A DNA stretch of 63,163 nt, counting the filler, from Sanchytrium tribonematis (lineage: Eukaryota), in NCBI GenBank assembly GCA_018985235.1. It is 9 parts of 9 records of this genome, joined end to end, with 100 filler letters (N's around TTAATTAATTAA, not from the genome) between each part and the next. Parts side by side here need not be neighbours in the genome. Positions count along the whole stretch, not along the records: positions 1 to 6,952 come from JADGIG010000478.1; positions 7,053 to 14,002 come from JADGIG010000479.1; 7 more parts are not named here. One strand, 5' to 3'. How positions within the stretch are numbered: position 1 is the stretch's first letter; each line of letters begins with the position of its first letter. The notes under the pieces are model-generated. The model saw nothing but the letters and a program-made list of their open reading frames with translations, was not told where the DNA came from and did not search any database. Positions 1 to 11,199 of the stretch are shown here, one piece after another. The translations under genes were made by a program, and so were the position numbers.

Positions 1-1119
1 TAATTTGAAATCAAATTTGTAAAAGTCCGAAAATACCTTTCCAGTTCTTCCGCCATATATGTAGAGGTTATCATCTAGTAGTAGCACCGAAAAAAAGGAT
101 CTTGCGGGTGGTCCTCCATAAGAGATTCTGTCATTTGTGCCTGAATGGAAAATTTCCAATATATTATTGATTGAAGATATTTTGAAATATTCTTGTTTGT
201 AAATAAACCCATATTCAGCCTTATTTTGTGTCGATCCGATAGATTTGACTAGTTTAAGAGAGTATTCTTTAGCGCAAGACGTATCTAAATATTGCAACTT
301 AGAAAAGCAATCAGCACTGAATTCTTCATTCGTAGAACAATGTGTTATGGCATAGTGTTTAAGAAAGTCAACCAATTCTTCCAATTCTTCGCACAGCTGA
401 ATATCTTGAAGTTTTTCAAAATCAAAATCGAATGCGTCGCACCAATTTAACAAATTATATGCTCGAACATATTCAAAATATCTTGAATATCGCTCGACCT
501 GTGATTTCAAAGTTGGATACTTGGTCAGTCCCTTCAAAGGTGCAATTTTTTTGAAATGCTGCAACATTTGTTCGGAAAATTGATTGCCATGGTTAATTAT
601 CTGTTCAAAAACTACCAAGTCCAGTTTTTTATACCTTAGTTTTTTGCCCAGTACATACAATAAATTATCCGCTTTGGTAGCATTGATATAAACGAGGACA
701 CATTCCGATATAACAACTACATGATCAGTAGGATCTACTAATTTTTGGATTTCTTCGAAAAAAAGCAACTGATCTCTCAAATCTATCTCCTTCAGATGAT
801 ATTTGAAAGGTGTCTCTATATTCAACAATTTTTTCTTGGAAACAATTTCGGGTAGATCACAATCAATCCATTTCTTGCAATATATATGAAATGAATTTGG
901 ATTCTCCATTCCACAGCCAAGGTTTATAACTATATCACAGTGAGTTGGCAAAATTTTCCGTAATAAAGTATGCCGTACAAAATACCCGTAATTGATTAAA
1001 GGTGCGCGTTTAGTGCTGCAATCTACTAAGGGAGGCTCGTCTAAGTAACCCAATTGATATAGCGAACCTTTTGAGTGAATAGCGGAAAAAGCAGTGGATT
1101 GTACCCGTGTCATCCCCAT
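1..1119 (-). CDS. TYW4: tRNA wybutosine-synthesizing protein 4 / LCMT2-like methyltransferase with Kelch repeats (3' partial, runs off window)
   Basis: Manual translation from ATG 1119 gives MGMTRVQSTAFSAIHSKGS..KRAPLINYGY..VINLGCG..SECVLVYI (LCM family motifs). The same frame near position 1 reads PPARSFFSVLLLDDNLYIYGGRTGKVFSDFYKFDF (Kelch-like). Absent from the ORF track because there is no stop in the window. Confidence 0.8.
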   Translation of the reverse strand, partial: MGMTRVQSTAFSAIHSKGSLYQLGYLDEPPLVDCSTKRAPLINYGYFVRHTLLRKILPTHCDIVINLGCGMENPNSFHIYCKKWIDCDLPEIVSKKKLLNIETPFKYHLKEIDLRDQLLFFEEIQKLVDPTDHVVVISECVLVYINATKADNLLYVLGKKLRYKKLDLVVFEQIINHGNQFSEQMLQHFKKIAPLKGLTKYPTLKSQVERYSRYFEYVRAYNLLNWCDAFDFDFEKLQDIQLCEELEELVDFLKHYAITHCSTNEEFSADCFSKLQYLDTSCAKEYSLKLVKSIGSTQNKAEYGFIYKQEYFKISSINNILEIFHSGTNDRISYGGPPARSFFSVLLLDDNLYIYGGRTGKVFSDFYKFDFKL

Positions 1120-1219
1120 TTATTTTAAAAATCCTGCCCACAACTCAATAAAACGTGATTTATTATTAAAGCTAAAAAATTGTTTATAGACTATTTAATC
1201 ACCTTAACTCTAAACATCA

Positions 1220-2641
1220 CTACTTTTTCTTTTTCTTTTTTAAAATGATTGACCCTTCTTCTAGTTCTTTTTTATCCTCATCATTTAATTTAGAAATCTT
1301 TTCCTGAGCCTGCAAGTAAAACATTAAATCATTTATCTGTTCTTTCAAATCGCAAATGATTGCATCTTTAGACTTCAATTCGATGTCATAAGCTGCTTTG
1401 TAAGATTTCTGATTTTTTAATAAAGACTCATATAAAGCAGTCTCTTCTGCCAACTGACTTTGATATGAATTGTTCTCATGGATTAATTTTGAACTCGAAG
1501 CTTTCATCTTTTCTTTTTCAATGGCATCTGATTTCAAAATTAATTTGAGTTCTTCTTGTTTCTCAATACATTTTTTCAATTCGGCAGACAGTATTTGGAG
1601 CTCATTGTCTTTTTCTAAAATTTGCTTCTCGAAATAATGCCGCTGTGAGTCCAATTGAGTAGTTAAAAGCAAAGCCAGGTCATTTTTCGGCTTTTCAGAT
1701 TCATCTTTCTGAATAGATAAGGGATCCGTGGGCACTATTTTCCCGTCGCCTTGAATTAACCGGTGTACGAACCCATCATTTTGGTAGTCCCAAACTCTCT
1801 GCGTTTTAATTTCCAATGCAAAGCAATGATTCGAGCTTTGAAAGTGAAGGTAAGCATGTCCAAAATTGTATCTACCGCAACCTACATTTCCACAAATTAA
1901 ACAAATCCAAGAATCTTTAAAGGCGGCCTCATAATTTTCTTCAATGCATAATGCACAGGGCGTATTGACTTCTATATTTCGACAAACAGGACACGAATTC
2001 CCCCATTTTAAAAGACAATCACAGTGGAAAGTGTGGTTGCAAAGTATTGTCATAACTCCACTAGTTCCTGTGTCAATTTTTTCTAAACACACTGGACAAT
2101 TTGGCAATTCAATCATGGCCTCTAATATGGGTGATTTGGGATGTACATAAACGTCCTTAATTTTTAAAATATTGCAAACTTGGTTGTCAATTAAGCTAAA
2201 AGTTTTTCCATGAAATAAATCAATAAATTCATCGATTGCACCATCTACTTTGATTAGTATCATCATTTGAGACCTTAAATAGTCGCTATCTGTTCTATCT
2301 TGTCTGATACATCGAAAATATAGTATTTTATCTTTCTTTTCATTCAAAAACTCAAACACCTCGACAATTCCCATGTAATCTGGAACGTTCAAAATTAATC
2401 CCAAATTTGAATGACTGTGTTCTCCTTTGATGGTGTTTTTATATAAATGCAAGCTTCCCTCAACTAATAAGTGTCTTACTTTTTCATTTGGTGTGCAAGG
2501 AAGCAAGTAGTCTTCAATAAATAAAGTCTCCTTTTTCGTCGAGTCAGATTTCACAAACTGTACTCTTGATTCAGATTTATTCGAAAATTCTGAATCGCCT
2601 TCAAATTGGGTAGCTGTCTTTATATGAAGATTGAAGGACAT
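1220..2641 (-). CDS. ETP1: BRAP2/Etp1-like E3 ligase (BRAP2 domain, RING-H2, ZnF-UBP, coiled coil)
   Basis: ELPNCPVCLEKID..ILCNHTFHCDCL..CPVCR RING; WICLICGNVGCGRY..HA..H..VWDY..DGFVHRLIQ ZnF-UBP; C-terminal LKEQINDLMFYL. Confidence 0.9.
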   Translation of the reverse strand: MSFNLHIKTATQFEGDSEFSNKSESRVQFVKSDSTKKETLFIEDYLLPCTPNEKVRHLLVEGSLHLYKNTIKGEHSHSNLGLILNVPDYMGIVEVFEFLNEKKDKILYFRCIRQDRTDSDYLRSQMMILIKVDGAIDEFIDLFHGKTFSLIDNQVCNILKIKDVYVHPKSPILEAMIELPNCPVCLEKIDTGTSGVMTILCNHTFHCDCLLKWGNSCPVCRNIEVNTPCALCIEENYEAAFKDSWICLICGNVGCGRYNFGHAYLHFQSSNHCFALEIKTQRVWDYQNDGFVHRLIQGDGKIVPTDPLSIQKDESEKPKNDLALLLTTQLDSQRHYFEKQILEKDNELQILSAELKKCIEKQEELKLILKSDAIEKEKMKASSSKLIHENNSYQSQLAEETALYESLLKNQKSYKAAYDIELKSKDAIICDLKEQINDLMFYLQAQEKISKLNDEDKKELEEGSIILKKKKKK

Positions 2642-2751
2642 CTCCTTTGTGACATACTCTTGCTGTAAAATTGTTAAATATTTTAAATCAGTTCAATTTT
2701 TCGAGAAAAAGGTTAGGTTTTGAGAAGTATCCCAAACAGTGCGTCGCCCAG

Positions 2752-3125
2752 ATGTTGAAAAGATTTGACTCGAGTTTAGGCGAACAAGCTCCTCCTAGTC
2801 TTGAAGCTAGTAAAAGAGAAGTTGTAAAAGCAGCCCATTCGGTAGTTTATATCGGAGATATGGAGGAGGGGTCTGTCAGTCTGGAAAAGGGTTTAATTCC
2901 TCGAGTCTGGGACAGCTATAAACCAACAGTGCAAGATTTAACGAGTCGATGGCTGAAAAAAATGGAGGATATTGGTGGCTATGTTTGTGACACCATTGGA
3001 ATTACCCGGCCCCAGTATGAATACGAAATATCAAACTATTTTGAACAGGAACAAGGTACAAGTTGTTTTATTTAGAAGAGCAACGGAAAATCATTGCGCA
3101 AGACTTAATCAATAAATATGGCTGA
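2752..3125 (+). CDS. FAM177-family small protein; exons 2752-3055 and 3076-3125
   Basis: GITRPQYEYEISNY resembles the FAM177 motif. Splicing the 20-nt intron gives ...EQEQEEQRKIIAQDLINKYG* (117 aa). Confidence 0.55.
3056..3075 (+). other. 20-nt spliceosomal intron (phase 1)
   Basis: GTACAAGTTGTTTTATTTAG; contains the apparent TAG stop; T at -8 and A at -6 as in the other introns. Confidence 0.6.
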
Positions 3126-3179
3126 TTGGCAGAATTGTAATTATTTTAAGTTATAAAGATTTGGAAGATTGATTCGAGA

Positions 3180-3650
3180 ATGCTTTTGCCAGTTTTGCTT
3201 GCTTGTGATTACAAAATGCCTCAGGGATTGTCAGAAGGTCAAGAATTCAACATACAACCAGTTGCAAGTTATCTGCCAAATTCTTCGCAGAAAATAACAG
3301 TTTCAGGGATTTTTATAATTCAGGATGCTTGCACTGTGGTTATAAAAGACCTAGTTTATACACCCCAGATACAGCAAGTTTATCTATATTCTAGCAACAC
3401 GGCTAATATCAATGATTCATCGGCACTAGGTGAACAGATTAGTGCTAAGGAGATCCAACACTCTGCCTTCAAGGGAACAGTACAAAACATCACTCTAACG
3501 AAACCAATCGATAATGCCAAATCTCTGAAGTTGTTTGGAAGCCAGGATAACTTTGTTCTAGCGGGAGCCTCGATCTCTAGTTGTGGTGGCGATTTTTCGA
3601 CTTTGTCCATTGCTTTGGTGACATTATTGCTAGGTGGGAGCTTGCAATAG
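3180..3650 (+). CDS. Small secreted, probably GPI-anchored protein (DM13-like)
   Basis: Short hydrophobic N-terminus MLLPVLLAC, beta-rich core VSGIFIIQDACTVVIKDLVYTP, hydrophobic C-terminus; AATAAA at 3655. Confidence 0.6.
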   Translation: MLLPVLLACDYKMPQGLSEGQEFNIQPVASYLPNSSQKITVSGIFIIQDACTVVIKDLVYTPQIQQVYLYSSNTANINDSSALGEQISAKEIQHSAFKGTVQNITLTKPIDNAKSLKLFGSQDNFVLAGASISSCGGDFSTLSIALVTLLLGGSLQ

Positions 3651-3670
3651 TAACAATAAAATTTATTTCT

Positions 3671-4322
3671 TTAACCACAACAACTTTTTTGCTGACCATC
3701 TTTTGAAGGTGTCAAATTAATAGCATCACCAGCTGAAGGCTTGACTCCATTTCCTCCCTCCAGCTGCTTTTTCGATGCATTGCGATATATTTCTATATAA
3801 GTAAAATATACCAGTGAGAATTTTTTGAAACGCTTGCTCTACGTTAGTAGAGTCTAGTGCACTAGTCTCAATAAACATAGTATTATTATCAGTTGCATAT
3901 TGTTTTGCCTCCTCAGTTGGAACTGCTCTCAAATGACGCAAATCACTTTTGTTTCCGACAAGCATTATAACAATGTTATTGTCGGCATGATCTCGAAGTT
4001 CCTTTAGCCATCTGTTAACATTCTCATAAGTATTATGTTTTGCGATATCATACACCAGTAGGGCGCCCACGGCACCTCGATAATATGCGCTAGTAATAGC
4101 CCTGTATCTTTCTTGACCAGCTGTGTCCCAAATTTGAGCTTTGATGGTTTTACCGTCAACTTGAATACTTCTAGTAGCAAATTCCACTCCAATGGTGGAT
4201 TTACTTTCCATATTAAACTCATTACGGGTAAACCTAGAAAGCAAATTTGACTTTCCTACACCACTATCTCCAATTAACACTACTTTGAATAAATAATCAT
4301 ATTCATCTTCAGCCTTTGACAT
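3671..4322 (-). CDS. RAB11: Rab11/Ypt31 GTPase; exons 4322-3812 and 3792-3671 (210 aa)
   Basis: [36 protein letters not shown]. Removing the 19-nt intron restores ILTEIYR and a C-terminal prenylation motif KSCCG*. Confidence 0.97.
3793..3811 (-). other. 19-nt spliceosomal intron (phase 1) in RAB11
   Basis: GTATATTTTACTTATATAG on the minus strand; required for the CC C-terminus. Confidence 0.95.
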
Positions 4323-4507
4323 TCAAATGTGTTTCAAGATTAACTCCGAAGTACAAGTAATGCCTTGGAAATTACATGTTGAGATTCAAGCAGCAAACAG
4401 GGGATAACAAATTGAGCATTAAACATCTCAGCTTCTAAGTGTCAAAGTTTTAAAAAATTTGCTTTCAAATTTGGTTAGCTCGGAGGATATGATTTTAGTC
4501 TGAAACC

Positions 4508-6952
4508 ATGAAGTTGTTCAAAACACATTTTCTTTCTACGAACGAGGATGAATCAATAGAATTTTATACCAAACTAGGATACAACGTATTAAAATTAAAT
4601 CCGTTGATAGTGCGAAAAGAGGAACATATTATCGAATTTAGTGCGACAAACCCAGGTGTTTGTACTGTTCAAGGCAGCGAAATTGATATTCAGGACCCTG
4701 ACGGAAATCTAATTAAATTCGAGTCAAGTTCTTTATCCAGTATCGAGAAAGAGCTACTTTCCCCATTGCATTCACAGCCCTCTCAAACAAGCCCTCAAAT
4801 TCAAAAAGAATTGTTTAAGAGAAAGCGAATCGCAATTCTTACCAGCGGCGGCGATAGTTGCGGTATGAACGCCAGTGTTAGAGCGGTCATTCGGTCTGCC
4901 TATAATATGCAAATGATACCATATGCAGTTTATGATGGTTACCAGGGCTTAGTTCAAGGAAATCTTAAAAGGCTTGAATGGAGCGATGTTCAAGGATGGC
5001 TTAGTCTAGGTGGAACTGATATCGGTACTGCTAGATGTGCAGAGTTTCGCGAGCGATCCGGTAGGATTGAAGCAGCTTTTAATCTGATTAAAAACGGTAT
5101 CGATGCCTTAGTTATAAATGGAGGTGATGGATCTCTCACTGGAGCTGATATTTTGAGAAGCGAATGGACCTCTATATTGAAGGATCTCGTAGCCATGAAT
5201 CGAATTTCAGTTGATGAGTGTGAAAAATATAACAAGCTCAAAATTGTTGGATTAGTTGGTTCGATTGATAATGATATGTGTCTAACTGACTTTACTATTG
5301 GTTGTGCAAGTGCTCTTCATCGAATTATAGAAAGCATTGATGCAATTCAAACTACGGCAAGCTCTCACCGAAGAGCATTCATTGTAGAGGTGATGGGTAG
5401 ACATTGTGGCTGGTTGGCTCTTATGGCAGCAATAGCAGTTAATGCAGATTGGCTGTTTATTCCTGAACATCCGGTTTTGGATAAAAAATGGGAGGACGCC
5501 ATGGTAGAACATCTCGAGGTTTTAAAAGGAATGAATCACCGAAAACTTATTATTATTGTTAGTGAAGGAGCAATTGATAAAGATTTGAATCCAATTACAT
5601 CATCTGATGTACAGAAGGTTATAAAAGATCGCCTTTTCTATGATTGTCGAGTAACTGTCCTTGGACATGTACAAAGAGGCGGAAATCCTTGTTTCTTTGA
5701 TAGGTACCTCGGCACGGTACAAGGAGTAAAAGCCGTGGAAACCATAAAAAACAATATTTCAGATGAGAGCCCACTTATCGGTATTAAAAATAATGAAATC
5801 ACTGTCGAAAATATGATCGAAGCTGTTGCTACAACAAAGAAAGTAGCTTCTTTTATTGAAAAAAAGGATTTTACGAGTGCGATGAATTTAAGGGACCCTC
5901 AATTTGTTCCAACTTTGAAGAGTTATTTTAAATTAAGCGCACCACGAGTTATTGATGCAAAGGTAAAGGAACAGGGAATCCGGCTTGCATTTATGCATGT
6001 TGGCGCACCTTGTGGCGGTATGAATATAGCCGCTAGTGTATTGGCAAAATACAGTCTTAATAGAGGACATCAACCAGTTGCCATCTACAATGGATTCGAA
6101 GGGCTTTTGAAGGGACAAGTGAAAGACTTACAGTGGACTGATGTCACCAATTGGATAACTAAAGGAGGTTCTTCTCTAGGAACAAATAGGTACCTTCCAT
6201 CTACCTCTGCTGATTTTGGAATTTTGGCTTATCAACTGCACAAATTAAATATTAATGCACTCATGATCATAGGCGGGTTTGAAGCCTTTACAGCCGGTCA
6301 ATTAATATTAAAATATAGAAATCAATATCCTAGCTTCAATATTCCTGTGGCTATTTTACCTGCAACAGTTTCAAATAATGTTCCTGGTACCGATTATAGT
6401 CTCGGTTGCGACACAGCCTTGAACGTTATCATGGAGAGCTGTGACAGAATCAAACAGAGTGCAAGTGCAAGCAGAAAAAGAGTTTTTATTGTGGAAGTTC
6501 AAGGTGGTAACGTTGGCTTTCTGGCAACATTGGGCGCCTTAGCGGGTGGTGCCACAACATCCTATATTGTTGAAGAAGGTATAAATCTTGAAATGATTCA
6601 ACAAGATGTTAGACATTTGACTAGATTATATACCAATGATAAAATCAACGAGGGTAGAGTGATTTTGAGAAACGAAAATGTAAGTAGCACATATAGTACC
6701 GAGACTATTTCCAATATACTTAAAGAGGAAGCCAATGGATGCTTTGACAGTAGAACAGCAATATTGGGTCATTTGCAGCAAGGTGGTTTGCCTTCCCCAC
6801 TCGGTCTTTATTTTTAATTTAGATAGAATCAGAAGTGCTCAACTCGCAACTTTGAGTGTGGAATGGTTTGAAACACATGCAACAAGAAGCGAAAAAGATT
6901 GGATGCCTAAAATATTTAATGACGACCCAGAGACAATTGCAGTTGTGGGTAT
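4508..6952 (+). CDS. PFK: Eukaryotic ATP-dependent 6-phosphofructokinase with fungal-type N-terminal glyoxalase-like extension (3' partial; intron 6804-6822)
   Basis: TSGGDSCGMN, GGDGS, GSIDND, EVMGRHCG, GHVQRGG and a duplicated regulatory half. After splicing: GHLQQGGLPSPLDRIRSAQLA. Confidence 0.96.
6804..6822 (+). other. 19-nt spliceosomal intron (phase 1) in PFK
   Basis: GTCTTTATTTTTAATTTAG; removal restores conserved PSPLDRIR. Confidence 0.95.
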
Positions 6953-7052
6953 NNNNNNNNNNNNNNNNNNNNNNNNNNNNNNNNNNNNNNNNNNNNTTAA
7001 TTAATTAANNNNNNNNNNNNNNNNNNNNNNNNNNNNNNNNNNNNNNNNNNNN
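6953..7052. other. Artificial contig spacer (N44-TTAATTAATTAA-N44); the same spacer is at 14003-14102, 21041-21140, 28075-28174, 35108-35207, 42138-42237, 49168-49267, 56171-56270
   Basis: Identical 100-nt linkers with stops in all six frames; contig lengths fall or stay equal from 6952 to 6893 nt. Confidence 0.98.
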
Positions 7053-8197
7053 TGATAACGATGATAGTCCAAAATTTTAGCATTTGGCAATTTGCTAAAA
7101 TACAATTCTCCGGATACAAGAAAATCCTCGAATCTAATAATAGTAAAAGCACCAGGGCAGCACGTAACTCCACCCAAACAAGACTCCATGACTCGAAAGA
7201 TCATTTGACCTTGCATATATTCCGGTTGTTGATAAAGAACTAAAGGATTCCAACTCTTGCTTGTACAAGTAATAAATCCAGTAAGGACTTTTTTGTTCGG
7301 GTTTTTGTGGAACACGACTGCAATATTATGTAATGCGTGCTTATCAAGTACAACATCTGAATCGATTAAAACCACAAAGTGATTTTGTTGATTAACAATT
7401 CCATTTCGTTTCTGAACCATCGACCATCCATTTCCTTGGGTAATACGTTTACCACCATGAACACAACGAGCAATAATCAATGTAAAATCTTCCGTTAGTC
7501 TGTGCTCAATTGTCATTGGCAGATTATCAGGATTTGACGTATCAATATGATAAGCGTTCAAAAGACCCAGGTAGCAGTCACTAATTTCTTCGTCGTCAAA
7601 GCAACAGTAGCAATCGATTTTTCCGTTCACTTTTGAGTTAAAAACACTTTCAACAGTAGCTATTAAATCTTCCAAGACTTCATTATAGATAGGCATGATC
7701 ACACTAATCTTTGGGGCAATCATATCCTTAGGCTCTTTTAAACGATCTAGCCAAACAGTTTGACTGAAAAACGAATAAACTCCAGTGATAATTGGGAGAG
7801 AACCAAAAACAAAGTAGGTGACAATAACAACCCAAAATACTTGATCTGCAAAAAAAGGCGGGATCGTGTAAGTTGCCCCACTTTCTCTTTCTTCGGGACT
7901 TGGAGGAATCAAATTAAATGACAATGCCACATACATAACACGGACATACATGACTACAGCCGTAAATAACATCGCCATGAATTTTTGCTTTTTCGTGTAG
8001 TTCCCAAACACTTTTCTGATGGGCAAGAACATAGAAATGACCGTGTACATAAACAATTCAATAAGACCGTGAATGACCAAAACATAAGCGACAATGCGCA
8101 GCCACTCAGGAACATCATATGCGTCGTAAGTTGCGTAGAACTTTGCAAATGCTGCTCGTGGTGAATTTCCATTTTGATCTGTAAACCAATCGCTCAT
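7053..8197 (-). CDS. Chitin synthase-like GT2 glycosyltransferase (3' partial)
   Basis: N-terminal TM helices, SVIMPIYNE, HGGKR, VLIDSD (DxD), LYQQPEY, VTCCPGAFTIIR. Confidence 0.8.
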
Positions 8198-8240
8198 TTT
8201 AGAAAATCAAGGAGAACTCCTCCCAAACTAGTTGTGTTCG

Positions 8241-8480
8241 ATGATTACTCCAATTTTTTTCGTAGCTGCATTAGCGCAAAATCAACAACCCGTTCAGCAG
8301 CCTGCTGTTCAACCTAATCAACCTACAGGACAAGTTCAAGCTGTCACACCTCCAGTCACTGCTACCAGCAACGCTACGCAGTTATCGACTGAAAATGATG
8401 TCACCCATGTCAACCCTAATTACAGCAGCTCTTCAACTCTAGGATCTATTTTATTTATGAGTTTTGCAAATGTCCTTTAA
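8241..8480 (+). CDS. Small secreted Q/P/T-rich protein, probably GPI-anchored
   Basis: Signal-like MITPIFFVAALA, low-complexity body, SSSS plus hydrophobic tail; TAATAAA at the stop. Confidence 0.6.
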   Translation: MITPIFFVAALAQNQQPVQQPAVQPNQPTGQVQAVTPPVTATSNATQLSTENDVTHVNPNYSSSSTLGSILFMSFANVL

Positions 8481-8642
8481 TAAATTGTTGTTTTTGCAAT
8501 ATTTTTTGTTTGAAAATCATGTTAAAAAAATTCACCCATTCCTCACCGCAACCAATGTCAAGAATTTCATATCGGACGATTTCTGGTCCTAATATAAAAC
8601 TCTCTCAAACTACTATAAATCAAGGGAAAAACAGGGAAACTT

Positions 8643-9515
8643 ATGATCTCAAATTTGTTTGTCAAAGACATAGATGAAAAAGCCGACAAATTCATGCAGA
8701 AGCAACTTAAAAAGGCTAGAAAAGAAGCCAAAAGACAGAAGAAAGCTTCTGAGCAGATCATAGAAAATTTGGAGGAATCTAACACAACCGAGATCAAAGT
8801 GGATGACAAATTGGAAATACAAGAAGCAATTGAGACTCATAAGAACAGCGATATTAGTCCTAAGAAAATCAGGAATAATGCTGATAAAATTCTAGAATCG
8901 AAGAAAACTATTTTTGTAGGAAATGTTGATTTAAGTTTAACAAAAAACAATCAGCCTTTAAGAGATCTTTTCGGTGCTGCAGGAGTAATTGAGAGTCTTA
9001 GATTTAGAAGTATTCCAAGAAGCAGACTTTTGAAAAGAAAAGATGCTGCAAACCATCAAGAATTCAATACAAAAAGAAAAACTTGCAATGCTTATATTAT
9101 ATTTAAACAGGAAGATAGTGTAGAAGCTGCAATATCTCTAAATGGAACAGAATTACTAGGTCATGTTTTGAGAGTAGACAAAGCCTTGCAAAGGAAACAA
9201 GATTCAGGCGTTTTTGTGGGTAATCTTCCACCTTCTATTGAAGAAGTTGAATTGCATCAACACTTTGAAGACTGTGGAAATATTGATTATGTTCGCGTTA
9301 TCAGAGACCCCCAGATGAATATGTGTAAAGGAATTGCTTATGTGGTTTTCAAAGACCCTTCTGCCATTAGACTTGCACTTAGATTATCGGATTCTGTCTT
9401 GAAGGAACGTAAAATTCGAGTTACAAATATTCAATCGAACCCCAAAGCAAACAAGAAGGCAATTACTGGTAAAGATGTTGCCAAAAGGCTAAAGAAATTG
9501 AAGAAAAACAAATAA
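8643..9515 (+). CDS. NOP12: Nucleolar two-RRM protein (Nop12/RBM34)
   Basis: KTIFVGNV..IESLRFRS..CNAYIIF and VFVGNLP..VRVIRD..KGIAYVVF; Lys-rich ends. Confidence 0.85.
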   Translation: MISNLFVKDIDEKADKFMQKQLKKARKEAKRQKKASEQIIENLEESNTTEIKVDDKLEIQEAIETHKNSDISPKKIRNNADKILESKKTIFVGNVDLSLTKNNQPLRDLFGAAGVIESLRFRSIPRSRLLKRKDAANHQEFNTKRKTCNAYIIFKQEDSVEAAISLNGTELLGHVLRVDKALQRKQDSGVFVGNLPPSIEEVELHQHFEDCGNIDYVRVIRDPQMNMCKGIAYVVFKDPSAIRLALRLSDSVLKERKIRVTNIQSNPKANKKAITGKDVAKRLKKLKKNK

Positions 9516-9518
9516 ATT

Positions 9519-9935
9519 TTAATTTCTGTATTTTTCTAATCTACAAGTTGGGCACGAATCTTGAGTCCACATGTCAAGACAGCTTTCGTGATATAAATGA
9601 AGGCATTTGGTTATCTCATAAGTAGATTCCAATGCTTCCATACAAATTGCACAGACTTCGTCCATTAAATTAATTGTAGGGTCATACGTTTTTCTTCTCG
9701 CCTCCAAGTCTTTCATCAATTTATACCGGTGTATTCTTCTTTTTATTTTAAAGTAGTTCCCATTAATTGGATAAAATTGGTGCAGAACAACTAGCAAAAT
9801 AATCATTCCAATGCCGCCCCAAATTGATAATATAAAATAGTGGAAATAAGGAATCGGAAATACAGCATAAATAATAACCATTATCAATGTAAAGACAATT
9901 GCAGACATTTCTATCCAAAAATGGAATAATACCAT
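9519..9935 (-). CDS. Transmembrane RING-H2 E3 ligase
   Basis: Two TM segments, then CAICMEAL..CLHLYHESCL..W..SCPTCR. Confidence 0.75.
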   Translation of the reverse strand: MVLFHFWIEMSAIVFTLIMVIIYAVFPIPYFHYFILSIWGGIGMIILLVVLHQFYPINGNYFKIKRRIHRYKLMKDLEARRKTYDPTINLMDEVCAICMEALESTYEITKCLHLYHESCLDMWTQDSCPTCRLEKYRN

Positions 9936-10227
9936 TTAAAACAAATTTGAACACGTCGTCATCCAGTTTCTGACCTACATTGCATTTCAAAATTTGCCTT
10001 AATCATGTAATGATAAAATAAAAGAAAATCATTTTCCTTTTAGGTTCAACCTTTTCATATCAAACAACGGGTATCGCAGTCTAAATTCAACATGCCCTAT
10101 CGGGAATTATCTCATTATCGGAATTTATGAAACCAATCAAAAAATGAATTAGCGCTTAGAGCCTAGACATGTGGATTTTAGTATCTTTAGATTTGAGTAT
10201 ATATGACGCTGCCATCCTTTACAATTA

Positions 10228-11154
10228 ATGGTATCTCAATCACCTACAGTAAAACTTAGCACAGGACAACAAATGCCACAACTTGGACTTGGAACTTGGA
10301 TGTTAGACCCAAAGAAAGCTCCCGAGACTGTGTTCACAGCCCTAGAACTGGGTTACAGATTAATTGACGGTGCCCTAATTTACGAAAATGAGAAAGAAGT
10401 CGGTGAGGGAATTCATCGTGCAATGGATGAAAAATTAGTTTCTCGCGATGATATCTTTGTGGTTTCCAAATTGTGGAATACTTATCATCGAAAAGAGTTG
10501 GTAGCGAAAGGTATTGATGAGACTTTAGCTTCATTGAAGTTGAATAACCTCGACTTGTTTTTAATGCATTGGCCAATTTCTATGCCTCCTGGAGAAGGTT
10601 TATGGCCAAAAGATGGAGACAACGCAAAATTGGAAGATGTCGACCTAATGACAACCTGGACAGCTATGGAAGAGTTGGTGAAATCCAAAAAAACTAAAGC
10701 AATTGGATGTTGCAATATGAATAAGTCCCAATTGCAAGAAATATTGGAAAAGGGTTCCATTAGACCAGCAGTGTTGCAAATTGAAGTTCATCCATTATGT
10801 TACGAAGCGGATCTTTTAGAGTTTTGCAAGAAGGAAAATATTCATGTCATGGCATATTCTCCATTTGGACATGGTGACGCTACTTGTGGCTTGTTTGAAA
10901 ACAAAACCATCAAAGAAGTTGCTAATAACGAACAATTAAGTCCGGCGCAAATCTTGCTATTGTGGAATTTGTCGCAAGAGAGAATTGTCATCCCAAAGGC
11001 CTCTAGCAGAGAGCATTTGAAAGAAAACTTTGAGTTTTTAACGAAAATGCACGAGTTGCCAAAAGACGAAGTTGCGAAGGTTCAGCAATTAACGAAAGGT
11101 AAACAAATCCGTACATGCGATCCCGAAAAGTTTTTTGGAGTCAAAATCTTTTAG
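10228..11154 (+). CDS. Aldo-keto reductase
   Basis: MPQLGLGTW, GYRLIDGA.IY.NE, SKLWN, LDLFLMHWP, LQIEVHP, AYSPFG, VIPKA. Confidence 0.95.
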   Translation: MVSQSPTVKLSTGQQMPQLGLGTWMLDPKKAPETVFTALELGYRLIDGALIYENEKEVGEGIHRAMDEKLVSRDDIFVVSKLWNTYHRKELVAKGIDETLASLKLNNLDLFLMHWPISMPPGEGLWPKDGDNAKLEDVDLMTTWTAMEELVKSKKTKAIGCCNMNKSQLQEILEKGSIRPAVLQIEVHPLCYEADLLEFCKKENIHVMAYSPFGHGDATCGLFENKTIKEVANNEQLSPAQILLLWNLSQERIVIPKASSREHLKENFEFLTKMHELPKDEVAKVQQLTKGKQIRTCDPEKFFGVKIF

Positions 11155-11199
11155 GTTCAAAATAAATTATTAGGTGAATTTAATTTAATTTTTGAAACA

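Noticed and set aside
6953..7052. Regularly spaced TTAATTAATTAA palindromes flanked by Ns, about every 7 kb
   Set aside because: Artificial six-frame-stop contig linkers, not a biological repeat; cross-spacer gene neighbourhoods and ORFs containing X runs are artefacts.
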